From positions 32,001-96,000 of the IMG/VR virus record IMGVR_UViG_3300046514_000687: a stretch of 64,000 bases of DNA. The stretch is one strand, 5' to 3'. Source of the DNA: a virus. The translations under genes were made by a program, and so were the position numbers. How positions within the stretch are numbered: the first letter of the stretch is position 1; every line of letters begins with the position of its first letter. Below are positions 48,319 to 59,195 of this stretch, one piece after another. A model generated the notes under the pieces. That model was not told where the DNA came from. It saw only the letters and a list, made by a program, of their open reading frames with translations, and did no database searches.

Positions 48319-48879
48319 GTGGAACTACCGCCGGGGGTGCAGCCGTGGGAGTACCTCTCCGAGCCGCTCAGCGAGAAGGTCCTGCAGCGGCAGGGCCACG
48401 TCGCGCTGACGGCGCTGGGATTCGAGGTCGACGAGCTGAGCCAGATCCACCCAGCGCTGATGTCGTTGGGCATCCCCGATACCATCGTCATGCAGCCGCG
48501 GTGCCCGATCGGCCTGGCCTTTATCGAGTGGAAGAAGCCGCGGCTGATGAAGCCGGGCGCCAAGCCCGGTACCTGGGTCGTGGCCCAGTACCAGACCTTC
48601 CGCACATACGAGCAGGAGGCGCGCCACCGCGACTGGACTCGCTGCGGCGTGCGGATCGTCACGGCCGACTCGGTCGACCTGGCGCTCGGCGCGCTGGCCT
48701 TCTGGGGTTTCGATATTCCCGCCGAGGCGGTCCGCCGGCCGTTCGATCCCGCGGACCAGGCGCGCTTCTACGACCCGAAAGCAGTCCCGCGCGCGGCCCT
48801 CCGCGCTCAGCGCCGCCAGCAGACTCGCCGCGCGCGGACCGCTGCGCAGCGCCAGTCGGCAGCCAGGAGAAGCCTATGA
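48319..48879 (+). CDS. VRR-NUC-like PD-(D/E)xK nuclease
   Basis: SEK.LQ, GIPD, FIEWK, EQ. GTG start after the cassette RBS. Confidence 0.7.
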   Translation: MELPPGVQPWEYLSEPLSEKVLQRQGHVALTALGFEVDELSQIHPALMSLGIPDTIVMQPRCPIGLAFIEWKKPRLMKPGAKPGTWVVAQYQTFRTYEQEARHRDWTRCGVRIVTADSVDLALGALAFWGFDIPAEAVRRPFDPADQARFYDPKAVPRAALRAQRRQQTRRARTAAQRQSAARRSL

Positions 48880-48965
48880 GGTAGTGTGGCGGGGTGCGGC
48901 TTGGTGCGCCTTGGTTGGGCGGGCTTAGGTGCGGCGTGGTCCGCTAGGGCGAGGTAGGGTAGGGA
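48880..48965 (+). repeat. Degenerate 5-nt-period G-rich tract (NNNGG)n
   Basis: TGTGG CGGGG TGCGG CTTGG ... CGAGG TAGGG TAGGG. Confidence 0.7.
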
Positions 48966-49212
48966 GTTCCGCAACCTGCGCGTGGAGGTCACTGATGGCA
49001 CAGGAACCAGGGACAGCCGTGGAGTATGAGTACGCCGGCCACGCCGGCTACGAGCCCGAAGTGTGTGTTGCCTTCTACCGCGTCACGGACGGCACCGCAG
49101 AGCTGACGTTTCGCTGCGGTCGCCCACGGCACCGCTCGCCGTCCGTCCACGAGCACCCGCTGCCGGACGGCGCGCGGCTGGTGTGGCCGAACCCGCCCGC
49201 GGAGGCCCGCTG

Positions 49213-49626
49213 ATGGAGGCGCTCAGCGAGTTCGCTACCCTGCTGCGGCGCCACCGCGAGCGACGCGGCTGGTCCTGCAACGAGACCGCGCGCGCGGTCG
49301 GCGTCGATCCGAGCTACGTTTCGCGCCTGGAGCGCGCCGAGCGGGAGCCGCCCCGCCGGCGGGTCATCGAGGACCTGGCGCAGGCGCTCCAGCTCACGAC
49401 GGCAGACCAGGATGCGCTGCTGGTCAGCGCCGGCTTCACCCCCGCCAGCGTCGCGCTGCTCGGCCGCTGGGACCCCACGCTCCAGGCCGTCGCCACCGTG
49501 CTTACCGACCGGGCGATCCCCGACGCCGACCAGGCTCGCTTCCGCGTCGTGATCGAGGCGCTGGTGACCGAGTGGCTGGCCCGCCGCCCGGCCGCACTCA
49601 CCCTGGTCCAGGCGGCGGCGGGCTGA
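49213..49626 (+). CDS. XRE-family HTH regulator
   Basis: F...LRRHRERRGWS....ARAVGVDPSYVSRLE...R.P. Confidence 0.85.
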   Translation: MEALSEFATLLRRHRERRGWSCNETARAVGVDPSYVSRLERAEREPPRRRVIEDLAQALQLTTADQDALLVSAGFTPASVALLGRWDPTLQAVATVLTDRAIPDADQARFRVVIEALVTEWLARRPAALTLVQAAAG

Positions 49627-49654
49627 TGCGCCGCGAGGAGGGCACATTAAAGGG

Positions 49655-50179
49655 TTGACAGTGACGCAGCCCTGGGCGACGCTCATCGCCTCGGGCATTA
49701 AAAAGACGGAAACGCGGGACTGGGGCACGGTCTACCGGGGCCCGCTCCTGATTCACGCCGCGCAGGGGTTCCCGCGTGAGGCGCAGGACCTCAGCCTGGC
49801 GGCACCCTTCCGCGGCCTGCTGCGCGCGGCCGGCTACCCAGTCACGCGCACCAAGCCGCAGCGCCCGCGCGACCTGCTGCCCCGCGGCGCCATCCTGGCC
49901 GTCGCCACACTGGCGGACTGCCAGCCGCTCCCGACGCTGGCGGCCGTGCGCGCGGCCAAGACGCGCTGGGGCCGCCAGGAGGTCGCGCTCAGCCTGCTCG
50001 CGCCGGGCCGCGTGCTGTGGATCCTCACCGACGTGCACCCGCTGCCCGCGCCGCTGCCCTGGCGCGGGGCGCTGGGGATCTGGCCCGTGAGCCGCGCCGC
50101 GCAGGCGCAGATTGCCGAGTGGCTAGAGCATACGGAGCTTGCCGATGGCCAACTGCCCGCCCCCGCTGCCGCCGATTAG
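49655..50179 (+). CDS. ASCH domain protein
   Basis: TV.QPWATLI..G.K..ETR.W...YRGPLLIHAA, RG.LG.W. Confidence 0.85.
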   Translation: MTVTQPWATLIASGIKKTETRDWGTVYRGPLLIHAAQGFPREAQDLSLAAPFRGLLRAAGYPVTRTKPQRPRDLLPRGAILAVATLADCQPLPTLAAVRAAKTRWGRQEVALSLLAPGRVLWILTDVHPLPAPLPWRGALGIWPVSRAAQAQIAEWLEHTELADGQLPAPAAAD

Positions 50180-50743
50180 GCCCGATACGACGGTGGTCGT
50201 GGCCGGCCGCGCCGGCCACCGCGGCACCGGCGGGCGCTACCACCGCACCGAGCTGTGCTGGACGATCCACAAGGGGGCCAAACGGCGGCTGATGACCGCC
50301 TTCTTCGCGGCCGAGGCCGGTTACTACCCGTGCCCATACTGCGCCGCCGAGCCGCCCCTGTGCTGCCGCACCGGCGACCATGCCCATCACACGCTTGCGC
50401 TGCCGGTGCTGGCGCCGCCCGAGGCGCCCGACTGGGAGCGCGAGCTAGAGCTAGCAGAGGTGGAGCCCGATGGATAACGAGCCCCTGGACCACCAGATCA
50501 CGCGCCTGGCCGACTGTATCCTGACCCACTTTCCCGAGGAGCCCGGCCGCGGCGGCAGCGAGGGCGCCGTCGATGTGGCGATTCGCCTGCTGACTCGCCT
50601 GGCCGACTTCCAGGCCGCCATCCGCGGCATCGTCGCGGAGATCCCGCCGGTGAGGAGCCGCCCGTGATCGAGGTCGCCGTCGTGGCCGTTCTGATCTTCG
50701 CCATCCTGCGGACCGCCTACGTGATCCTGCGCCGGACCCTCCC

Positions 50744-50965
50744 GTGAGGCGCCAGTTTATCGTGGCCGCCATCCTGGTTACGCTCGTACTCCTCGTCCTG
50801 ATCCTGCTCCAGCGCTGGACGGACGGCGGCCAGCCCCCGCCGACGCCGACCACCATCCCGCTCGTGCCGGAGAGCGCGACCGCCGAGCTCCTCGTGCTCG
50901 GCCTGATCGCCGGCTGGGCGCTGCTGAACATCTATGAGCAGTGGCGGAAGCGAGGCGACTCGTGA
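50744..50965 (+). CDS. Two-TM microprotein with PEP-CTERM-like tail
   Basis: TM, PPPTPTT linker, VPESAT, TM, WRKR. Confidence 0.55.
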   Translation: MRRQFIVAAILVTLVLLVLILLQRWTDGGQPPPTPTTIPLVPESATAELLVLGLIAGWALLNIYEQWRKRGDS

Positions 50966-51705
50966 CTGTGCGCATCTGCACCACGACGCAGGTCCGCGCG
51001 GACCTGAACGCGCCCACGACGGAGGAGTTCCTGGCCGACCTGGGCCAGCGGACGTCCAGCCGCGAGTGGGCCGTTAGTGCAGTCAACCTGGTTACGCTCG
51101 CCGGCTGGTGGAGCATCGGCTGCCAGCACATGCGCGACCTGGCCTGCATGCTCGCCTACGCCGACCACTACAGCCACACCGGCCGCAAGCGGAGGACGCC
51201 CGTGGACATCGACGCCCTGGTCCCGCGCTATGTCGAGGTCATCGTGGACCTCGCTACCGCGCACGAGCACACCCGCCGCTCGGCCGCCGACCACGCGGCC
51301 GAGGACCTGCTCGGGCCGCTGCTGACCGCGCCCGTTGCTCAGATCCGCGAGTTCGCCCAGCAGCTCAGCAAGGCGCTCCGCGAGGACACGCGGGTCCCCT
51401 GGATGATCTGGTCGATGTTCGAGCGGGTGCTGGAGCCGCTGATCGTGAAGGGTGCCGACGGCGAGGTGCTCCAGCTCAAGACGGCGCTGGCCGCCGAGAT
51501 CGCCGAGCTGGTGGAGGCCGGCCTGGACCGCGAGGAGCTGATCGTGGCGATGGCGGGTGCTCTGCAATGGCGCTCGCCGGAGCGGCTAGAGGCGGTCAAG
51601 AAGGGCCTGCAGAAGGGAGGGAAGGCGCGCCTCACCGGCCGCGAGTCCTGCCTGTTCCTGACCGTCACCGACGAGGCCGGCGTCGAGGAGGCGGTCGTCC
51701 TGTGA
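50962..51705 (+). CDS. Hypothetical protein
   Basis: Long coupled ORF. Confidence 0.6.
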   Translation: MTVRICTTTQVRADLNAPTTEEFLADLGQRTSSREWAVSAVNLVTLAGWWSIGCQHMRDLACMLAYADHYSHTGRKRRTPVDIDALVPRYVEVIVDLATAHEHTRRSAADHAAEDLLGPLLTAPVAQIREFAQQLSKALREDTRVPWMIWSMFERVLEPLIVKGADGEVLQLKTALAAEIAELVEAGLDREELIVAMAGALQWRSPERLEAVKKGLQKGGKARLTGRESCLFLTVTDEAGVEEAVVL

Positions 51706-52164
51706 CCCACGAGAAGACCGGCTGGGCGCAGCCGATGCGGGGCCGCGTGTTCCACTACTTCGCGAACCGGCGCTCGGTCTGCCGCGCCCGGCACTACCAC
51801 TACGGGCCGTTCCTGACGGCCAAGCCCCCCAACCGCTGCTGCCACGCCTGCACCGTAACCACGCTGAAGCAGATTCTCGCCGCGCAGGAAAGGAGCTAGC
51901 CATGTCCGAATCCGGCCCGCTTATGCCGCCCTCCGAGGAGGAACTCGCTGCCGCCACGTCGCGCCTCGCCGTCGCCAAGGACCGCCTGGACGTGGAGGAG
52001 CAGGCCGCCAAGATCGCCCTCCAGCGCCGCACCGACGCCCGCGCCGAGATGAAGAACGCCGTGGCCTCGTGGCGCGAGATGCGCCGCCAGATGAACATCG
52101 TCGAGCAGTTCTCCTTGGACCTCGACATCGCCGCCGCCGAGGCGGACGACTCCGGGGCTGACGA

Positions 52165-52551
52165 ATGAGCGCGCTGCTGGGGCTCCTGCTCCTGCTCGGG
52201 CAGGTCGTGCCGGATGCCGACGCGGTGCAGCAGATGATCATGCAGGCCGCGGTCCGGCACGGGGCGCAGGTCGCGCGCCTGCTCGCCGTGGCCGAGTGCG
52301 AGACGGGCCGCTCCTGGGATCCCTACCGCGTCGGACGCTACGGCGAGCGCGGCGTCGGCCAGTGGCACCCGGCGCGGTCGGCGGCCTGGCGCATGACCAG
52401 CTACGCCGAGCGCGACATCTGGATCACTGACCTCTACCGCGACGGGGCCAGCAACGCCACCTGGATCGACATCGACGGGCTGGCCGAGGTCTACGCCACC
52501 CAGCCGGAGCCCGTGCTCCGCAACGAGTGGACCTGCTGGAGACCGCTGTGA
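52165..52551 (+). CDS. Secreted lysozyme-like/transglycosylase protein
   Basis: Signal peptide, VAECETG, G..G.GQW, terminal W.C. Confidence 0.6.
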   Translation: MSALLGLLLLLGQVVPDADAVQQMIMQAAVRHGAQVARLLAVAECETGRSWDPYRVGRYGERGVGQWHPARSAAWRMTSYAERDIWITDLYRDGASNATWIDIDGLAEVYATQPEPVLRNEWTCWRPL

Positions 52552-54660
52552 GCGACTGGCCGATGGCCGCTCTAATCGACTCGCTGACGCCTCGCTACGG
52601 CCCGCGCCGCGCCGCCTTCCTGGCCGACCGGCTGAACCCTGGACAGGATCGCTACAGCCACGCGGAGCTACTGGCCCTGGCCGACAAGATTGCCCTGCTC
52701 AACGGCTGGGCGACGGTTGACGGCAACACCGTCATCCCGCAACGAGTGGACCTGATGGAGACCGCCGTGGGCGAGTCCGACGCGCTAGCGCTGCCGCCGG
52801 GGCTGCCGGCGGAACACTACCTGCTCCTCGGCCGGCTGCTCGCCTACGGAGCGCCCCGCTACGGCTTCGCCGCCGCCTGGGACCTGGCGATGCGCCTGGC
52901 GCCCACGCTGCCCGACGCCCAGCACGCCGACCTGACGGCGATGATCCAGGAGCCCCACCTACCCCACTGGCTGTACGACGACGTGGACCGCCTGGCAACG
53001 GCCCGGCGCGTCTCCCGCATCGACGCGAGTCCCTGATGGAGGAGCACGATGGCTACGACCAACGGCACAGGCGACCGGAACCAGGTGGGCCGCCCGACCC
53101 TGGGGGCGGTGCGCGAGCCCCTGCGCCACAACCTCAGCGACCAGCTCTACGTGGCGGGCCAGATGCTGCTGGACATGAGCCGCAAGGTGGAGCGCCAGGA
53201 GGTGGGGGACTACCAGAGCCAGGGCGAGGTGGTCGGCTCGGCCCTGCTGAAGATCGTCCTCTTGCACGGGCAGTTGGGGGCGCTGGACGAGGCCGAGGGC
53301 GGCAAGATGCACGGGCGCACCACGCCGACCTTCCCGGACGCGGACCCCGAGGTGACGGACCAGGTGCAGCGCTTCCGCGAGCGGCGAGACTTAGAGCGGA
53401 CCCAGCGCCGCCAGCGCCCGCCCGAGTTCGACGCCCCGCCCGACTTCAGCGCCGACCCGGAGCCCCCGAGCGACTATCCGTGATCCTGCTCTGGTGGTTC
53501 GGCTTCTGGTACCCACCCGGCTATCGCGCGCTCGGGCGCCTGGAAGCCTGGCTCCAGGCGCACCTGCGCTGAGGAGGATCGATGCGCCTACCGCAGACCG
53601 CGCGCAACCTGCTCTGGGTGGTGCCCTTCGTGGTGCTCATCCTCGGTACCGTATACCTGGCGGCGACGGTGAAGGTGCCGACCGGCGCCCAGGACGTCCA
53701 GCGCCCGCTGCGCTACGGCCCGGAGCTGAATCCGCCGACAGTGATGGACCTCGGCCACGGCATGTACTGCATGAGCTTCTCGGGCGGCAACATCAGCTGT
53801 GTGTACGCCCCGGACTGGGTGCGTTAGAGGGGGGAACGGTGCCGATTGCCTACCGCTGCACCTGCGGCCACTGGAGCTGGTCGCACCTGTTCCTAGAACA
53901 CCCTGGCGTTCCGACGACCTGGCCCTGCCGCGGCGCCGACCGCGCGACCGGCCAGTCCTGCCCCTGCCGCGACCTGGACCCCGCGGAGCGGGTGCTGGTG
54001 CCCTGATGGCAGACCGACTCATCAAGCTGCTCGCCGTGGAGTGGGCCTCGAACGGCCTGCCCGGCGACGGATGGACGCTGAGCACCCCGCCGGACCGCGT
54101 TCTGAGCTATGACTGGCTCCGAGGCGACCCGGCGACCCGGCGGATAGTCGTCGTGATCGAGCGCGACGGCTGCTACGAGACGGCCGTGCTCGTGGCAAGG
54201 CAGGTCTAGCATGGGGCTCCGCTTTCGCTCGGCGCGCGGCTTCACCTGCCCGCGCTGCTGCCGCATCACTCGCCACCCCAAAGACGTAGCCAACGCTTAC
54301 TGCGGATGTTGCGGCGGGCCTGGTCTGCCGCGCGACTGCGAGCACACTATTCCGTTCCCGAAGGCTGTCCCGGCCCTGCCGCCCCGCCTGCCGAAGGGAG
54401 TCTGACCGATGGGGAAGGACCTCAAGTACGGGACCGTTACCACGCAGCACAAGGCGATTCCCGACGATGAGCCGGTGATCCTCCTCCGCGGCCAGGACGT
54501 ATTCTGCGCTCCGACGGCGCGCGCCTACCTCGCTATCCTGGCCGAGAACGGGATGGCTAATACGCCGCTGGCCGTCGCTATGCGCCGCGCGCTGGTCGCG
54601 GTGCAGGTCTGGCAGGCCGAGCACCCGGACCGGCTGAAGATTCCTGACTAGGAGGCGCGT

Positions 54661-55185
54661 ATGGGTAGCCACCTGGGAGCGCTTAAAGTCGCTGCTGCAC
54701 GGATCGGAGTGAGCATCGAGGACTACGAAACTAACCGGGCTGCTGGTCTCAAGTGGTGCCACGGCTGCGGCGGCTGGCAGCAGCGCGAGGAGTTTAAGAT
54801 CGACCGGTCACGCGGTGATGGGCTAAGCGCAGTCTGTGCCGTGCTGGTTAACACTACTGCTCGGGCCGGCTACCAGCGTAAGGGTCCTCCGCTCCGAGCC
54901 GGGCCGGCTCCGCTGCCGGCCCGCGATGGCGACAAGCGCCAGGCGCGTAAGCGCGTGAACCAGATGGTTCTGGCCGGCCGCCTTGCGCGCCCGAACGACC
55001 TGCCCTGCTTTGACTGCGGCCACCGCCGCAGTCTCGGCACCTTCGGTGGGCGGCGCCACGAGTACGATCACTACCTAGGCTACGACGCGCTCCACCATCT
55101 GGCAGTGCAGGCGGTCTGTAGTCGCTGCCACCACCGCCGAGCGCGCGACCGCGGAGAGCTGAAAGGGGGCCGCCGCCATGTCTGA
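54661..55185 (+). CDS. HNH-like endonuclease/Zn-binding protein
   Basis: KWC..C, RGDGL...C, G.L.RP...C..CG, H...DH..GY......V..VC..CH. Confidence 0.65.
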   Translation: MGSHLGALKVAAARIGVSIEDYETNRAAGLKWCHGCGGWQQREEFKIDRSRGDGLSAVCAVLVNTTARAGYQRKGPPLRAGPAPLPARDGDKRQARKRVNQMVLAGRLARPNDLPCFDCGHRRSLGTFGGRRHEYDHYLGYDALHHLAVQAVCSRCHHRRARDRGELKGGRRHV

Positions 55186-56263
55186 TAGATCAGGCATCGA
55201 GTGGACGCGCGGGAATGACGGCAGCCCCGGCGCCACGTGGACCCCGATTCGCCGGCGGTGGAATCCGGATCGTCCCGCCGGGCACGCTTGCCTGCGTATT
55301 AGTCCTGGATGTCAGGAGTGTTACGCCGGTAAGCTCCAACCCCGGTACTATGGCGGGCTCAACTATCCGGTCGCCACTACGGAGTCACTCCAGGCGATGC
55401 GCGACCTCGTGACTGACGGCACGCTCTACCTCGATGAGGCGACGCTCACTAAGCCGCTCCACTGGCGCCGCCCCCGTCGCATCTTCGTCTGCTCGATGAC
55501 CGACCTGTACGGCGAGTGGGTGCCGGCCGCCTGGATCGACCGCATCTGGGCGGTGATGGCCCACTGCCCGCAGCACACCTTCCAGGTGCTCACCAAGCGG
55601 CCGAACCGCCTGCGCCTGTGGATGGGCGACGCGCGGGAGTGCGTCCGGGCTACTGCCAAAGCCGACCCGCGTTTCTGGGCCTGGCCGCTGCCGAACGTCT
55701 GGCTGGGCGTCTCCATCGAGTCCGATGCCTTCGCCTGGCGCGCGAAGGTCCTGGCCGAGATCCCTGCGGTGATCCGCTTCGTCAGTGCCGAGCCGCTGCT
55801 CGGGCCGCTGTTCAAGCTGAGCTACCGCTGGGTGCGCTGCCACGACTGCGACTGGGCGGGGCCGGAGCACGAGATCTACGACTCCCGCCTGGCCTGGACT
55901 CCGCACTGCCCCGGCTGCCGCAGCGGCCAAGAACTACGGGCCGAGCCGACCCCGCGCATCCACTGGGTCATCGCCGGCGGCGAGTCCGGCGGCCCGCCCG
56001 CGCGCAGCCTGGTCGAGCCCTGCCACTGCACGCTGGCCGCTGGGCGCGGCACGCTCGTGCGCGGTCTCTGCGACCGCTGCCAGGGCACAGGGATGGCCCC
56101 GAAGGGCGCTGCTTACGCCTGGGTGCAGAGTATCCAGCAGCAAGCCCAGCGCCAGGGCGCCAGCTTTTTCCTGAAAAGTTGGGGGGGCAGAACCTTTAAG
56201 TCCGGCGGGCGCCTCCTGGCTGGCCGCACCTGGGATGCCTACCCGGACGCGGTTCCGGTGTGA
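55178..56263 (+). CDS. DUF5131 (phage Gp37/Gp68) family protein
   Basis: IEWT, SPGC..CYA, RIFVCSMTDL, HTFQVLTKRP, PNVWLGVS.E, RFVSAEPLLGP, WVIAGGESG, FFLK.WG. Confidence 0.9.
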   Translation: MSDRSGIEWTRGNDGSPGATWTPIRRRWNPDRPAGHACLRISPGCQECYAGKLQPRYYGGLNYPVATTESLQAMRDLVTDGTLYLDEATLTKPLHWRRPRRIFVCSMTDLYGEWVPAAWIDRIWAVMAHCPQHTFQVLTKRPNRLRLWMGDARECVRATAKADPRFWAWPLPNVWLGVSIESDAFAWRAKVLAEIPAVIRFVSAEPLLGPLFKLSYRWVRCHDCDWAGPEHEIYDSRLAWTPHCPGCRSGQELRAEPTPRIHWVIAGGESGGPPARSLVEPCHCTLAAGRGTLVRGLCDRCQGTGMAPKGAAYAWVQSIQQQAQRQGASFFLKSWGGRTFKSGGRLLAGRTWDAYPDAVPV

Positions 56264-56805
56264 GGCGGTTCTTCGTGATCGTCCTGGCCTGGCTGCTGTT
56301 CGTAGTTCTGATCGTCGGGTGGTGGGTGGCCTTCCTGCTCTGGCGCGCACATGGAGGGTGATGATGTGACTGAGGCTCCCCAGGGCTCGGTCCAGGCCGA
56401 GGGCCAGTACGGTACGGCGGCCGGCGACGAGACCGCCGAGGCGCCCGCGGACTACGCCGCCATCCTAGACGGTATCGCGCTGCGGACCTGGCGGCGCCTG
56501 CTGCTCTTCTTCTTGCGGATGCGCGTGGCTCAGCTCACCCTGGCCGGGAGGGCCGATGACGAGGCTGCGGACTAAGCCGACCGGGCACTGGGAGTGGCGG
56601 CGCCTGCTGGAGTGGCCGAACGGGCAGCTCTGCGAGAACTTCCCGACGACCGAGCCGGCCGCGCGCGACGACTGCGACCTGGCCTTCGAGCTGGCTTACA
56701 TCCACGAGCAGCGGGTCACTATCCGCCTCCAGCGCCGCTGGGTAGCCGACTGGGAGACCGTCGACGAGGTCGTCGCCTCCCCGCTGCCCGAAGAAGGAGC
56801 GCCCG

Positions 56806-57327
56806 ATGGTCCTCGTGAACTTTCCGGGCTTTGACGGACCGCCCGATCCCGCACGCTGGATCGCCCTGGCCTTCTGCTGGCCGCTCCTGGAGGCGGAGGG
56901 CAAGGCGCGCGACGCCTACTGGCGGACGGTGGCCTGGACCAAGAACTGGAGCCCCGACCGGGAGCTGATCGGCCTGGTCGGCGAGGTCGTTTACGCTCTC
57001 CAGTTTGGCTGGCCCGGCGCGCTGGTCGACCGGCCGCGCGTGCCCGACGGCGGTCGGGACTTCCGCGACGTGGACGTGAAGGGCGACTCGCACTGGCAGG
57101 ACCCGCTGCTGAAGCGCGACAAGCGGCAGCCGTTCGGCGCGGGCTGGTACTGCCTGGTGGCGGTCGACCTCGTCGGCCAGCGCGGCTACGTAGTGGGCGA
57201 AGCCAGCCGCGCGGCGTTTCGCGCCGCCCCGCTCCGCGACTTCGGCTACGGCCCCGCCCACGTCCTCACGCCGGCGCAGCTCGCCCCCGCCAGCCACCCC
57301 GACACGCACCCCGTGGAGGCGCCCTGA
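56806..57327 (+). CDS. Putative PD-(D/E)xK nuclease-like protein
   Basis: G.VGE...DGGRDF..VDVK. Confidence 0.45.
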   Translation: MVLVNFPGFDGPPDPARWIALAFCWPLLEAEGKARDAYWRTVAWTKNWSPDRELIGLVGEVVYALQFGWPGALVDRPRVPDGGRDFRDVDVKGDSHWQDPLLKRDKRQPFGAGWYCLVAVDLVGQRGYVVGEASRAAFRAAPLRDFGYGPAHVLTPAQLAPASHPDTHPVEAP

Positions 57328-58143
57328 TGCCCCCCTCCGAAGAAGCCGCCACTCTGATCCGTGCGCTGGCCGAGCAGCTTGCCTGGTTCTGTCGCAAGCC
57401 CAAGGATGGCGACGCCAGCCTGCACCTGGGTATTGGCTGGTACTCGCTCTGCGACTTCGTAGCCGATCCGCGCCTGCCGCGCCCGTGCAGCCCGCGCTGC
57501 CAAGCCGTGCGAACGGTGCTCCAGCTCGCGGCCGACCGCCTGGGCTGCTCCGTCACTGCCTTTACCCCGCCCGCGCCCCGCCGGCGGGGCGCGCGGTCCT
57601 CCGGGGAGGAGGAGTTGCCGTGGACGAGCTGAAGCGCTACTACCTGCACGCTCAGCGCCCGCGCCACCCCTGGTGGAAAGCCGCCCGCGCCGCCGCGGCG
57701 ACGATCCCGGACTTCGCTCGCGGCCTGGTGGAGTGGCGCCGCATCGACGACGCGCCGATCATTAACGCCGACCTCCGCGAGACTATGGCCTTCTGGGACT
57801 GGGCGCGGGCGCTGCCGGGCTGGACCGACAACAGCGGCGGGCCGGTGGGCTACCTGGACCGCCAGGACCCCAACTTTATCCAGGGCACCAGCGCCTTCAA
57901 CCGCGACAGTTTTGACGCCGCCTACCTCAAGGCGATGGATTCCCTACTATCCCCCAAGGCTTTGTGGCAGATGGGCGTCGCCCTGCTCGTCTCGCCGGTC
58001 CCCGATGGCGGCTGGCTCGCGGAGATCGACAACGCGGACCCGGCGCTGCCGACCTCCTGCGCTGCTACTCCAGACGGTGCCGTCCAGGCGCTGATGCTTG
58101 CCATCGGCGCGGATGTCCGCCAGCATGGCCGCCAGTTCGACAC

Positions 58144-58213
58144 TGGCCCCGAGGCGCCAAAGGGGTTATAATCTAGCGTAGGTACCCCCGAGAGGTACCG
58201 CAGGAAACGGAGG
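58144..58213 (+). promoter_or_regulatory. Promoter cassette copy 10
   Basis: TGGCCC-17-TATAAT-8-GGTACC-CCCGAGA-GGTACC-GCAG..GGAGG. Confidence 0.9.
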
Positions 58214-58421
58214 CTCTGATGGACGAGCACCCTGCCCCGCCCCTCCCCTGCGACGCACGGATTCGCGTCGCCAAGTGGTTCCGGCTCCACCGCGCCAGCA
58301 AGGTCGCGCGAGTCACCTGCGGGCAGCCCGGCCGCCGCCAGGTCTACGCGGACGGCGACGGCGCCTTCGACGTGGTGCGGTGCCCCGCGCACGCCCTGTT
58401 CATCCCCGACGAGGTGCCGTC

Positions 58422-58883
58422 GTGAGCGAGACCGTCGCCTTCACCGGCGCCCGCAAGGTCCCGCTCGCCGGCGTCGACCTGATCACCGACGTAGTGGGGC
58501 GCCTCCCCGCTACCGCCCGCGTGCTACACGGCGGCTGCCTGGGCGTGGACGCCCTGGTCGGCCGCGCCGCCTGGGAGCGCGGCCTGGGAGTCCACACCGT
58601 CCTGCCCGGCCTGGACCAGTACACCCACCCCGACTGGGCGCGCTACTGCCACAGCCACGAGCGCCTGGCCGGCGGCTCCGAGTCCTACCGCGCCCGCAAC
58701 ACGCGCCTGGTTGCCCTGGCTGACCGCCTGATCGCCTTCCCCGCCTGGCCCGAGCGGGACGGACGGTCTGTCCGCAGCGGGACGTGGATGTGCGTTCGGA
58801 TCGCGCGGGCGGCCGGCAAGCCCGTCACCGTCTATCTGCTGTGTGACGTGGCGGCCGACTCGCCCCTGCCGGAGGTGGGCTGA
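58422..58883 (+). CDS. SLOG/DprA-like Rossmann-fold protein
   Basis: VAFTGAR, HGGC.GVD, Y.ARN..LV...D.LIAFP, SGTW..VR.A...GKPV. Confidence 0.75.
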   Translation: MSETVAFTGARKVPLAGVDLITDVVGRLPATARVLHGGCLGVDALVGRAAWERGLGVHTVLPGLDQYTHPDWARYCHSHERLAGGSESYRARNTRLVALADRLIAFPAWPERDGRSVRSGTWMCVRIARAAGKPVTVYLLCDVAADSPLPEVG

Positions 58884-59195
58884 TGGCGCGCTGCTCGCGC
58901 TGCAAGCTGCCGCTAGTGCCGGGCTTCCCGCTCTGCCCGCACTGCGGCAAGAAGGTGAGTCGCTGATGGACACTCCGCGTACCGATGTCGCGGTTGGCGA
59001 CGTGATCCAGCTCGACCCCGCGGCGCACGAGGCGTTCGGCGGCTGTCTGCTGATCGTGGAGGAGGTGCGGACCTGGGGCCTGGTTGCCGCGGCGCTGATT
59101 CCGCAGGGCGGCGGCCCCGCCCACGCGCCCTACCGCGTCGCCTGGGGCGCCTTCGCGCGGATCGGCCCCGCTGCCTGGCCGCTGAAGGGGGACTG

